DNA from: Limisphaerales bacterium
Lineage (GTDB): Bacteria > Verrucomicrobiota > Verrucomicrobiia > Limisphaerales > JAYPXF01
DNA length: 64,000 bases
Direction of reading: 5' to 3'
NCBI GenBank assembly: GCA_047608975.1
Contig: JBLFYM010000010.1
Location: 12,745-76,744, forward strand
In this document: positions 26,278 to 35,377 of the stretch, piece after piece
Position numbering within the stretch: the stretch's first letter is position 1
How the letters are laid out: each line of letters starts with the position of its first letter
Notes under the pieces: model-generated
The model's database searches: none
What the model was told of the DNA's origin: nothing
The model's input: only the letters and a program-made list of their open reading frames with translations
Made by a program: the position numbers and the translations under genes

Positions 26278-27729
26278 ATGACTTACCGCATTGAATCCAT
26301 CGAGGTCTTTGTTCGCGAGACACCACCCGGCCGCATGGCATTTCTGATCGGGAAGCAGCAGGGAAACCAGCCCCCACCCAAGCGTCGACCCCGCGGGATT
26401 TTGCTCTGTCGGATGACGATGTCCGATGACCGCGGCCGCGTGGTTCGGGGCATGTCCGGCGACCGGCCATCATTTGGCTGGTTGGACAAGCGAAAGCATT
26501 ACGACAGCGATCAAAAACTGCAGCGGCTGTTCGCCCTCTTGGAATCCGCGCGCAAGATCTGGCTCGCAGAACCCCGCTTCAAAAGCCCGTTCCGACAATG
26601 GCTGACTTGTCACTCCGAGGTGCAGCGGATCGGGCGGGAAACGGATCACGAAAGCCTGACGGCGAGCTACGTCTCCGCCCTGATCGAACGCGCCATGATC
26701 GATGGCGTCTGCCGGTTGCACAATCTGTCCGTCTTCGATTTTCTCCACCAAGGCAAACTGGATTTCGATCCGGGTCAGGTTCTGCCCGAACTCCGTGGGG
26801 TGGAGCTGAGCAAGATTCTTCCCCCGCGGCCGCGCACCTCGTTCTTTGTCCGCCACACCGTCGGGTTGGGGGATCCGATCCTCGCGGCCGATCAGCCTCG
26901 CGAAAAACGCATCAACGACGGCGAGCCGGAGACCTTGGAGGAGTACATCCGCCAGGACGGGCTACGCTACTTCAAGGTCAAGATCGGGGGTGATCCGGAC
27001 GCGGACCTCGATCGCCTCAAGCGGATCTGGCAGGCCGTGGTGAAGGCCGACGAACCAGTGGTGACGCTGGATGGCAACGAGAGTTCCAAGGACATCGACG
27101 CATTCGCCCGCTTCGTTGAACGCTTCGCAAAAGAGATCCCCGGACTGTTTCAGCATACCTCTTTTATCGAACAGCCCCTGACCCGCGCGGTCACACACGA
27201 TGCCGGAACCACGCAGACAATCAGGCGGCTCTCAAAAATGAAACCGCTCGTGATCGATGAAGCTGACGGGAACACCACCGCCTTTCATCATGCCTTCCAG
27301 ATTGGCTACGACGGCTCCTCCCACAAAAACTGCAAAGGATTCATCAAGTCCCTGATCAACTACGCCCTGTGTCGACGCTTCACGGACACGACGGGCCGCA
27401 ACGCGTTTCAATCGGGCGAGGATCTTTCGCTGATGCCACTCGTGCCACTGCATCAGGACTACGCGGCCCTGGGCGTGCTCAACATTGCTCACGCGGAACG
27501 CAACGGGCATCACTACAGCTTCGGCCAAGGTCATCTCAGCGCCGGAGAAAAGGTTCTGGCAACCCGACACCATCCGGATCTCTACACGGAACGGCGGGAT
27601 GAACTCTTCCTCGATATCCGGAAAGGCAAACTGAACTGCAAGTCCCTGCAGTGCCCCGGTTTCGGAGTCCGATTCGAACCGGAGTGGGAGCGCATGACAC
27701 CCCTGGAAAAATGGACTCCCATCTGGTGA
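26278..27729 (+). CDS. Atypical enolase-superfamily (mandelate racemase/muconate lactonizing enzyme-like) protein, 483 aa
   Basis: Barrel motifs in order: RYFKVKIGG (KxK), VTLDGNES (metal Asp), FIEQPL (metal Glu), LVIDEADG (third acidic ligand), SSHKNCKG. The N-terminal capping region is unusually long (~200 aa). Confidence 0.6.
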   Translation: MTYRIESIEVFVRETPPGRMAFLIGKQQGNQPPPKRRPRGILLCRMTMSDDRGRVVRGMSGDRPSFGWLDKRKHYDSDQKLQRLFALLESARKIWLAEPRFKSPFRQWLTCHSEVQRIGRETDHESLTASYVSALIERAMIDGVCRLHNLSVFDFLHQGKLDFDPGQVLPELRGVELSKILPPRPRTSFFVRHTVGLGDPILAADQPREKRINDGEPETLEEYIRQDGLRYFKVKIGGDPDADLDRLKRIWQAVVKADEPVVTLDGNESSKDIDAFARFVERFAKEIPGLFQHTSFIEQPLTRAVTHDAGTTQTIRRLSKMKPLVIDEADGNTTAFHHAFQIGYDGSSHKNCKGFIKSLINYALCRRFTDTTGRNAFQSGEDLSLMPLVPLHQDYAALGVLNIAHAERNGHHYSFGQGHLSAGEKVLATRHHPDLYTERRDELFLDIRKGKLNCKSLQCPGFGVRFEPEWERMTPLEKWTPIW

Positions 27730-27733
27730 TCCG

Positions 27734-28198
27734 TTATTTTGACAGGCGGCGCGCGAAATAGATGTGACGGGTCTGCTCGCCAAATTTGCTGTTCGCAAAC
27801 AGCCGGGCAGCCGCTTCGTTGGATTCGTCCGTATCCACCAATAGAAAATCCGCGCCGGCGGCGCGGAATTGGGCAGCCAAGGCATCGATCAGTTTGCGGG
27901 CAGTACCGCGACGTCGATGCCGACTCGCAACGCCGATCCAGTTCAACCAGCCGTAGCCGCCCCCGTTCGGCCGCTCCATGAACGTGCCCAAAGTGAAGCC
28001 CACCAATTGCCGCCCCGAGACGGCAACCAGACAGAATTCCGCGTCCCCGGAATATAGGTTCAGCACCTCCGGCTCATCCCAGGTGCGATAGAGCAGCGGC
28101 AAGTTCTCCGCCGTGAAAAGTTTTTCACCCAGCGCAACGATTTTTGGAATGTCCTTCAGTTCCATCCGTCGCACGGAGATATCAGCAGGTTTCTTCAT
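27734..28198 (-). CDS. GNAT-family N-acetyltransferase (RimI-like, ~154 aa)
   Basis: VASRHRRRGTARKLIDAL (RxxGxA motif) with an acetyl-CoA pocket layout. Starts 4 nt after the mgtE stop. Confidence 0.8.
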   Translation of the reverse strand: MKKPADISVRRMELKDIPKIVALGEKLFTAENLPLLYRTWDEPEVLNLYSGDAEFCLVAVSGRQLVGFTLGTFMERPNGGGYGWLNWIGVASRHRRRGTARKLIDALAAQFRAAGADFLLVDTDESNEAAARLFANSKFGEQTRHIYFARRLSK

Positions 28199-28202
28199 GG
28201 CC

Positions 28203-29513
28203 TCAAAGTCTTCCGAATGCGATCGCTGCCAGCCCGAGCACCAGCAGGAATCCGGCAATGTCTGTGACGGTGGTCAGCAGTATGCTGGAAGCAAGTGCGG
28301 GATCAATCCGCAACGCCTTGAGACCAAACGGAATCAGCACCCCGAACGCAGCAGCAGCAGCCATATTAAGAAACATGGCCACGCCGACCACCATTCCGAT
28401 CAGCGCACTGTCGAGCCAGATCCAGCCCACGAGTCCCACCACCAACCCGATCGCGACACCATTGATCAGCCCCAGCAGAACCTCCTTGAACAGGGCGCGG
28501 CGACCGTCACCGACTTCGATCTCGCCCAATGCCATATCCCGAACGATGACCGTCAAAGTCTGCATCCCGGCGTTCCCGCCCTGCCCGGCGATGACGCCCA
28601 GAAACACCGCCAGTGCGGGAACAGCGGCGATCATCGGCATAAAGTAAGCCACCACCACGGAGGCCGTGAACGCCGTGGCCAGATTGACATACAGCCAGGG
28701 AAGCCGCCGCGAGAGGGACGTGGTCCAGGGGGTGGATGAACGTTCTTCACCGGACAGACCGACCATGAGTTGCATATCCTCAGTGGCCTCTTCCTGGGCA
28801 ATTTCCAAAGCCTCCCCAGCATTGACAACACCGACGAGTTTCCCGGCCTGATCGAGAACCGGCAGGCCCAGATATCCGTAGTCTTCAAACTCGCGGGCAA
28901 CCGCCTCCTGATCGTCGTCCACCTGCAGAAATTTCACATCGCGTACCATGACCTGTTCGACCCGGGACTCCGGCAGGGCGAAAACAAGTTCCCGGAGGGG
29001 CACGACTCCGACCAGGCGTTTGGCGTTGTCGATGACGTAAAGATACGAAATGTCATCCCGCTTGCGATCGACTTGCTGGCGGAGACGCTCCTGGCACTCG
29101 CTGACCCGTTCCTCCGGGGTCAGGGTGATGAAGCGATCGCTCATGATGCCGCCCGCGGTATCTTCGGGATAGCGGAGCAGTTCCTCGATCCGAACGCTGA
29201 CTTCGTCGGGCAGCGCCTCGAGCATTTGCTCCCGGCGCTCCTCCTCCAACTCACCCAGAATGTCCGCGGCGTCGTCATGCGGAAGTTCGCCCACCAGTTC
29301 CACCACCCGTTCCTGAGAAAGGCCTTCGGTGACCTTCTCAAACTGATCTTCGTGGAGTTCGGCGAGCGCCGCGGCGGCGATCTCGATCGGGAGATTGTTG
29401 AGGAGTTTGACGCGTTTGGAATCCGAGGCACGCCGCAGCCGATCCGCCAGATCCACCGGGTGGAGTCGGGCGTGTTCCTCAATGAACAATGGGCGTTGTG
29501 AATCGTCGGCCAT
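28203..29513 (-). CDS. mgtE: Magnesium transporter MgtE
   Basis: MgtE N-domain, two CBS modules (RLVGVVPLRELV; LPVLDQAGKLVGVV), and a five-TM C-terminal channel domain ending ...LLTTVTDIAGFL. 436 aa. Confidence 0.9.
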   Translation of the reverse strand: MADDSQRPLFIEEHARLHPVDLADRLRRASDSKRVKLLNNLPIEIAAAALAELHEDQFEKVTEGLSQERVVELVGELPHDDAADILGELEEERREQMLEALPDEVSVRIEELLRYPEDTAGGIMSDRFITLTPEERVSECQERLRQQVDRKRDDISYLYVIDNAKRLVGVVPLRELVFALPESRVEQVMVRDVKFLQVDDDQEAVAREFEDYGYLGLPVLDQAGKLVGVVNAGEALEIAQEEATEDMQLMVGLSGEERSSTPWTTSLSRRLPWLYVNLATAFTASVVVAYFMPMIAAVPALAVFLGVIAGQGGNAGMQTLTVIVRDMALGEIEVGDGRRALFKEVLLGLINGVAIGLVVGLVGWIWLDSALIGMVVGVAMFLNMAAAAAFGVLIPFGLKALRIDPALASSILLTTVTDIAGFLLVLGLAAIAFGRL

Positions 29514-29760
29514 GTAGCTTCGGGGGCGGGTTGGACCCGCATATCAGGTTCCGGTGCCGTCAGCCGTAGTTCCCACGGCTGATTCGTCGTATCGCGCAGA
29601 ACTTTTAAACGTCCGCGGTGGATTCGGAAATGAAATTCGGGTTCTCAGACTCAGTCCACACAAATGGGAACGAATCGAGACCAAGCCACCCAAACCGACA
29701 TGTCGGGGCAATGCGCGATGGGGTTGAACCGCCTGACCGCCCTTGCTACCGTCCGCGCCG

Positions 29761-30741
29761 ATGCGAATCTTATCGGGCATTCAACCCTCCGGCACACTGC
29801 ATATCGGAAACTATTTCGGGATGATGCGGCCGGCGATCGAGCTGCAGGACCGCGGCGAAGCCTATTACTTCATCGCGAACTATCATTCGATGACCTCGCT
29901 CTTCAATCCCGAAGAGCGACGCCAGAACAGCCTCGATGTCGCCCTGGATTTCCTCGCGTGCGGGCTGGATCCGAAACGCGCGGTTTTCTGGACCCAGTCC
30001 GATGTGCCGGAAGTGACCGAACTCGCCTGGCTGCTGAGTACTATCACCCCGATGGGATTCCTCAATCGCTGCCACAGCTACAAGGACAAGAAGGCCAAGC
30101 TCGCCGACGGCGACGAAGACCGCGTCAATCACGGCCTCTTCGCCTATCCGGTGCTGATGGCGGCGGATATCCTGATCTTCGATTCCAATCTGGTGCCGGT
30201 CGGCAAGGATCAAAAACAGCATCTCGAGGTCACCCGCGACATCGCCGTCAAATTCAACAATCTCTACGGGGACACCTTCGTGATTCCAAAACCCGAGATC
30301 CGCGATGACGTGGCTCTGGTCCGGGGAACGGATGGTGAAAAGATGAGCAAGAGTTACGGGAACACGATTGAGATATTCGGCCCGGAAAAAACCATCCGCA
30401 AAAAGATCATGTCCATCCCGATGGACAGCCGTGGCATGGAAGAACCCAAGCCCAACGCCGAAGAGAACGTCGCCGTTCAACTCCTCAACCTGGTCGCTCC
30501 CGCTGACACTGCCAAAGAGACCGAAGACAAGCTGCGCGCTGGCGGATTCGGTTATGGCGACCTGAAGAAAACGCTTTTCGAAAACTACTGGAACCACTTT
30601 AAAGAACCGCGCCGCAAGCGGGAGGAACTGGCCAACAACCTCGACTACGTCCGGCAGGTTCTGAAGGAAGGTGCCGAACGCGCGCGCGAAGTCGCGACCG
30701 GAGTGCTGGAACGCGCCAAGAAGGCGAGCGGTCTGAACTGA
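29761..30741 (+). CDS. trpS: Tryptophan--tRNA ligase
   Basis: Class I signatures GTLHIGNYFG (HIGH) and EKMSKSYGN (KMSKS), plus AADILIF and VPVGKDQKQHLE. ~326 aa. Confidence 0.95.
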   Translation: MRILSGIQPSGTLHIGNYFGMMRPAIELQDRGEAYYFIANYHSMTSLFNPEERRQNSLDVALDFLACGLDPKRAVFWTQSDVPEVTELAWLLSTITPMGFLNRCHSYKDKKAKLADGDEDRVNHGLFAYPVLMAADILIFDSNLVPVGKDQKQHLEVTRDIAVKFNNLYGDTFVIPKPEIRDDVALVRGTDGEKMSKSYGNTIEIFGPEKTIRKKIMSIPMDSRGMEEPKPNAEENVAVQLLNLVAPADTAKETEDKLRAGGFGYGDLKKTLFENYWNHFKEPRRKREELANNLDYVRQVLKEGAERAREVATGVLERAKKASGLN

Positions 30742-30825
30742 GGCTACCCACCAATCACCCCGATCACTGCCGCCATAGGAATATTCTGGAGCCGGGCTGA
30801 ACGAACCTTTACTGAGTTCGGGAGG

Positions 30826-32262
30826 TCAGGGTTTGAGTTCGCCCCACATCTTGAGGAGCCGATCGACAACCTGCCCCGCAGTCTGCTCCTCGAACCAACA
30901 GGTGCCCAGCCAGGTTTCGTATCCGCCCAGTCGGAACTGCTTCGCCGACGGCAGATAACCGCAGTAGCCACCGGCGTTCGAATGGGTGAACGATTTTGCG
31001 AAGGGACTCTTTCCTTTCAGTTCGAGTCCGATCTCCACCAACACTTCGTTGGGAATCGCGGCGATGCCGACTTCGCCGACGCGAAAGACCTGGAGCGGCA
31101 ACGGCATTCTTTTTGGGAGGCCGGCCATGGCCAGGGTACGATCCGCGTAAATTTCGGAGATGTTTTTCTTGGCGGGATTCTTGACGGCCGCCTGGGTCTT
31201 TCGCGCAGAAGCCAGCAACTCGCCATCTGGTTGTCTTACCGCGACCGAAATTTCGGAGAAGCGGGAACCGAGCGTGGCGGTGTCGCGGTACCTTACTTTC
31301 TTCAGTGCGGTGAAGGTTTTTCCCGCAACGTCGTTGGCCACTTCCTTCATCTTCTCATACGCGGCCATACGCGGAACGCGTTTGGTGAAGTCGATGTTGT
31401 TGATATCGCCGCTGGTACCGTTGCTGAGCATGACAATGCAGGCGGGTTCCTGCCCGTTGGCGTTCATGAGCTGACGCATGCGCCGTGCAAAATAGCCGTA
31501 GTAGTCCGCCGAAATTGCCCCGCGTTTCACGCCCCCGACATAGTGGAGGGAATAGTTGGCGAGAATGGCCAGGGGTTTTCCGGCCGCTGATTGAACAGCC
31601 AGAAACGAGATCTCCGGATCAATCGGACCCGCCGGTTTGACGAGTTTGGGATTGCCACGACCAGGATTCATTTTCACCCGATCGTCTTTTCTGCCGAAGG
31701 GATTTGTCGGCATTGCACCGGGTTCCAGATGCCAGCGGCGATTGAAGACCTGGCCAGGCTCCTGAGCAGAACCATGACCGATGCGGGCTGGCACAAGTTT
31801 ATTCACGGCGCTTTTCACGGCATCCGCAATTCGTTTTGCAACGAAGGTCTGGTAGTCGTCCAGTTCCGCTGTGAGATCATAGCGGCTCTTCCCCAACAAC
31901 GTCCCGGCGGAATGCGTATGCGTGGCCGACATCATCAGTTGGGATCGCTTCATACCCGTCGCGGCCTCGATCTGACGGGCCGCTTCTTCGTAGACCGGGC
32001 GCACAATGCCGAGCACATCACACACGACAAAGGCCACGCGGGTCGTGCCATCATCCAAGACCAGACACTTCGCCCATAACTCATCGTGAACGTCGTTGGC
32101 CGGGGAGGGGTGAAAGCTTCCGACAATGTTCTGCCCCAACGGCGGGGTGATATTGCTACGCGCGGCTCCCGCCCTGAAAACGGGTTTTGCCGCCTGGGCT
32201 GCCGGCGCGTTGGCGAGGAGCAGAAGCGAGAGGGAGGCGAGGAGGCGGAGAGAGATGTTCAT
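30826..32262 (-). CDS. Secreted neutral/alkaline ceramidase-like hydrolase family protein
   Basis: Signal peptide ...LLLANAPAAQA. FRAGAARSNITPPLG...VHDELWAKCLVLDDG...VVCDVLGI...MMSATHTHSAG is colinear with the N-terminal domain of bacterial neutral ceramidases. Confidence 0.65.
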   Translation of the reverse strand: MNISLRLLASLSLLLLANAPAAQAAKPVFRAGAARSNITPPLGQNIVGSFHPSPANDVHDELWAKCLVLDDGTTRVAFVVCDVLGIVRPVYEEAARQIEAATGMKRSQLMMSATHTHSAGTLLGKSRYDLTAELDDYQTFVAKRIADAVKSAVNKLVPARIGHGSAQEPGQVFNRRWHLEPGAMPTNPFGRKDDRVKMNPGRGNPKLVKPAGPIDPEISFLAVQSAAGKPLAILANYSLHYVGGVKRGAISADYYGYFARRMRQLMNANGQEPACIVMLSNGTSGDINNIDFTKRVPRMAAYEKMKEVANDVAGKTFTALKKVRYRDTATLGSRFSEISVAVRQPDGELLASARKTQAAVKNPAKKNISEIYADRTLAMAGLPKRMPLPLQVFRVGEVGIAAIPNEVLVEIGLELKGKSPFAKSFTHSNAGGYCGYLPSAKQFRLGGYETWLGTCWFEEQTAGQVVDRLLKMWGELKP

Positions 32263-32398
32263 ACGTAAGATCCCCCGATCATTAACATGTGAATTGCCCG
32301 CGGCAATCGCGGATACTGGAGTATGGATACCTCGGGAGTGATTTCAAACGGGTGATGCAAGGCTGATGACGCCGGCAGCGACCAGCGCGAATACGAGC

Positions 32399-32423
32399 AG
32401 AAGGAACGCTCCTCGTTCCTTCT
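32399..32423. promoter_or_regulatory. Perfect 10-bp-arm palindrome in a divergent promoter region (possible operator)
   Basis: agaaggaacg-ctcct-cgttccttct read directly, between the ceramidase-like gene (start 32262, minus) and the dehydratase gene (start 32475, plus). Confidence 0.3.
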
Positions 32424-32474
32424 CGCTCGCTGAATTGCATTTAATTGCGGGACTTCAGGCAGCCAATCGGCTAG

Positions 32475-34058
32475 TTGGAATCCGTGCCGGACAAAGACAA
32501 GCGAACCCGAGTGGCAGAATTTTCAGACGTGGCCTTGCGTCTGCATGCGGACGACTCGGTGGCGGTCTCCAAACGACCGATCATAGCCGGGACGCGGCTG
32601 GAAAACGGACCCGCGCCGTTGCAGGCCAACCAGACCATTCCCCCGGGGCACAAGATCGCCCTGGTCGCTCGGGAGAAAGGCGCGCCGGTTCTGAAGTATG
32701 GACAGACTTTCGGCTTCGCCTCGGAAGCCATCGCGGCGGGTGATCACGTTCACACGCACAATGTTGAGCTGGGCAGCTTCGGCCGCGACTACGCGTTCAG
32801 TGAGGACGTCCGCCCCATGGCGGCTTACGCGGCGGATCAGGAGCAGATGTTCAAGGGTTTTCTGCGCCGCGATGGACGGGTGGGAACGCGCAACTACGTG
32901 GCCGTGATTTCCAGTGTGAACTGCTCCGCCTCGGTTTCGAAATATGTCGCCGAGCATTTTGCCAATGGCGAGTTCCGCGAGCGTTTTCCCAACATCGATG
33001 GCGTGATCGCTTTCAAGCACACGAGCGGCTGTGCCAATGATCCGGGCGAACCGACCTTCGTGTTGCAGCGGGTGCTCGCAGGGATCGCGAGGCACCCGAA
33101 TGTCGGCGGCTATCTGCTGATCGGTCTCGGCTGCGAGGTGAACCAGGTTCAGTCGGTGATCCGGAACCAGGGCTTGGAGACCAACGATCGCGACGGTCTG
33201 GCGCCCATCTCGATGGAGATCCAATCGTTGGGCGGCATTCGCAAAACGATCACCGCGGCGGTGGCAGCAGTGGAAGAGATGCTCCCCCGCGTGAACGCGA
33301 TCGAACGTTCTCCGCAGCCACTTTCAAAACTGACGCTGGCGATGAACTGCGGCGGTTCGGACGGCAACAGCGGTATCACCGCCAACCCCGCGCTGGGTTT
33401 TGCCTCGGATGAACTGGTTCGACATGGTGCCTCCACGGTTCTCGCGGAAACGCCGGAGATCTATGGCGCGGAGCATCTGCTGACGCGCCGCGCGATCACC
33501 CGGGAGATCGGTGAGAAACTGATCGGATTCGTACATTGGTGGGAGGAACACGCGGCGAAACACGGCGTGTCGATCAACAACAATCCCAGCACCGGCAACA
33601 AGACGGGCGGGTTGACGACGATCTACGAAAAGAGCCTCGGGGCCGTGGCGAAAGGCGGCCGCGCTCCGTTGTCGGCCGTCTATCGCTATGCCGATCAGAT
33701 TGACACGCCGGGTTTCTGTTTCATGGACACCCCGGGCTTCGACCCGGTGAGCATGACCGGTCTCGTCGCTGGCGGTTGCAACGTGGGGGTCTTCACGACC
33801 GGGCGCGGCAGCGTCTATGGCTGCAAGCCGTCGCCGTCCATCAAGATTGCCACCAACACCCCGCTCTACCACTGGATGGAGGAAGACATGGACCTCAACG
33901 CCGGTACGATTCTGGACGGAACGGAAAGTGTGGAAGAGGTTGGACAACGCATCTTCGACAAGATCGTTTCCGTGGCAAACGGGGAGCAGACAAAAAGTGA
34001 ACTGGCGGGAGTGGGCGACGAAGAATTCGCGCCGTGGATCCTGGGCTCGGTACTCTGA
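32475..34058 (+). CDS. UxaA/GarD-family sugar-acid dehydratase (altronate/galactarate dehydratase-like)
   Basis: N-terminal SAF-like LRLHADDSVAVS..I.AG, then GTRNYVAVISSVNCSA, LIGLGCE, MNCGGSDGNSGITANPALG, NPSTGNKTGGLTTIYEKSLGAV and VFTTGRGS, colinear with E. coli GarD. TTG start; GTG alternatives at 32484, 32511 and 32529. Confidence 0.85.
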   Translation: MESVPDKDKRTRVAEFSDVALRLHADDSVAVSKRPIIAGTRLENGPAPLQANQTIPPGHKIALVAREKGAPVLKYGQTFGFASEAIAAGDHVHTHNVELGSFGRDYAFSEDVRPMAAYAADQEQMFKGFLRRDGRVGTRNYVAVISSVNCSASVSKYVAEHFANGEFRERFPNIDGVIAFKHTSGCANDPGEPTFVLQRVLAGIARHPNVGGYLLIGLGCEVNQVQSVIRNQGLETNDRDGLAPISMEIQSLGGIRKTITAAVAAVEEMLPRVNAIERSPQPLSKLTLAMNCGGSDGNSGITANPALGFASDELVRHGASTVLAETPEIYGAEHLLTRRAITREIGEKLIGFVHWWEEHAAKHGVSINNNPSTGNKTGGLTTIYEKSLGAVAKGGRAPLSAVYRYADQIDTPGFCFMDTPGFDPVSMTGLVAGGCNVGVFTTGRGSVYGCKPSPSIKIATNTPLYHWMEEDMDLNAGTILDGTESVEEVGQRIFDKIVSVANGEQTKSELAGVGDEEFAPWILGSVL

Positions 34059-34278
34059 AGCAGCCGGCGGGGCTCATTCAATTAACCGCGGATTACTCGG
34101 ATGGCACGGATGAGGTGCGGTGTCTCAGACACCGGAATGGAGACCGGGTAATTTCTCTGAGAGGATGATTACACCGGTAATATCCGGGCAATCACGGGTG
34201 TGGCAGCGTTTTCGTTTTGTCGAAGAATCATTCCTCGGCCGCTCGTTTGGATGAGCCTCCGCCACGCCGGGCAACGGC

Positions 34279-35010
34279 TCAACCAAGCTCGTCCGCCAAG
34301 GCCCGGGCAACGCGCAGGGCGTTTTCTGAATCGCTGTGCACGCAAATGGTGCGGGCGTTCATGCCGACCGTGCTCCCAGCAATCGTCTTCATCCGACCCG
34401 TCTTATTGTACGACTGAACGCGGCTGACGATTTCCTTGAGATCCGAAAGGACGGCTCCGTCGGCTTCCCTATCAACCAAGGTTCCGTTCGGGCGATAGGC
34501 GCGGTCCGCAAAGATTTCCTCCCACACGCGCGCATCATGTCGGGCTGACGCTTCGACGAGGTTGCCACCGGCCAGGGCAAAGATCTTCGCCTTGGGCCAG
34601 AAGCGCGTGACGGTTTCCAAATAGACAATCGCCAACGACGAATCCCGTTCCACATCGTGATAGAGCGCGCCGTGGAGCTTGATGTGACTGAGCTTCATCC
34701 GGTTGGAACGGGCAACCTGTTCCAATCCGCTGATCTGCTGAATGAGCAGCAGTTCGAAATCCGCCGGAGATATCTGACGCGATATGCGTCCGAAATTTTC
34801 ACGATCCGGATATCCCGGATGAGCGCCGACGTGGACGCCTTCCTCGCGAGCCATGCGCACGCAATGGTCCATCGAACGCAGATCGCCCGCATGTCCGCCG
34901 CAGGCAATATTGGCCGAACTGATGGCGCGCATGAGTGCCCGCTGGCGGGACGGGCTCTCGCCTTCACCGAGATCGCAGTTCAGATCGAGTTTTTGAAAGT
35001 GTGCTTTCAC
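34279..35010 (-). CDS. pxpA: 5-oxoprolinase subunit A (LamB/YcsF family)
   Basis: KLDLNCDLGEG, SSANIACGGHAGD, GAHPGYPDRENFGR and VCVHSD are colinear with E. coli PxpA. GTG 35010 gives a homologue-like N-terminus; the ORF is open to ATG 35079 and ATG 35151. Confidence 0.85.
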   Translation of the reverse strand: MKAHFQKLDLNCDLGEGESPSRQRALMRAISSANIACGGHAGDLRSMDHCVRMAREEGVHVGAHPGYPDRENFGRISRQISPADFELLLIQQISGLEQVARSNRMKLSHIKLHGALYHDVERDSSLAIVYLETVTRFWPKAKIFALAGGNLVEASARHDARVWEEIFADRAYRPNGTLVDREADGAVLSDLKEIVSRVQSYNKTGRMKTIAGSTVGMNARTICVHSDSENALRVARALADELG

Positions 35011-35166
35011 CGCTGAAGCAATTCCGGCGGTCGGTATTCTGCGGGCGGCTGTGGGGGCGCTCGAAAACAAACGCAACATGAACGCTATCACACCCAAGTA
35101 TCTGCGGTTGTGCAAGATATAACGGTTGAGACTGAGGGTAAATGCGTCCAAGAGACGCGTTGTTCA

Positions 35167-35307
35167 GAGGTTCCGAGAAGAAACTCCAAGCTTCAATAAT
35201 ATCCAATCTCGAAGCTTCAATCCGCGGCGGCGGGTGTAAGCCGGCGATTTTGATTGGATTTTGCATCTTGGGTTTTCATTGAAGCTTGAGTTTCGAGGCT
35301 TGGAATT
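35167..35307. repeat. Inverted pair of family-A repeats between pxpC and pxpA
   Basis: aaactccaagcttcaat (35181-35197) faces attgaagcttgagttt (35278-35293), one-nt indel from perfect complementarity. The flanks (gaggttcc..., ccaatctcgaagcttcaatc, gattggattttgc, ggcttggaattt) resemble the 6080-6146 copy. Confidence 0.7.
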
Positions 35308-35377
35308 TTTGCAATTCTGACCGCTCTTCGGTGACTCCTCCGGCACCATCCCACTCCTAATTACACCCGGCAGGATC

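Noticed and set aside
29514-29760. M-box (Mg) riboswitch in the mgtE leader, or a T-box/attenuator for trpS, in the divergent intergenic region.
   Set aside because: Only short generic hairpins are present (for example cagccgt-gggaact-acggctg) and there is no recognisable M-box or T-box core. I cannot exclude a divergent element without a covariance-model search.
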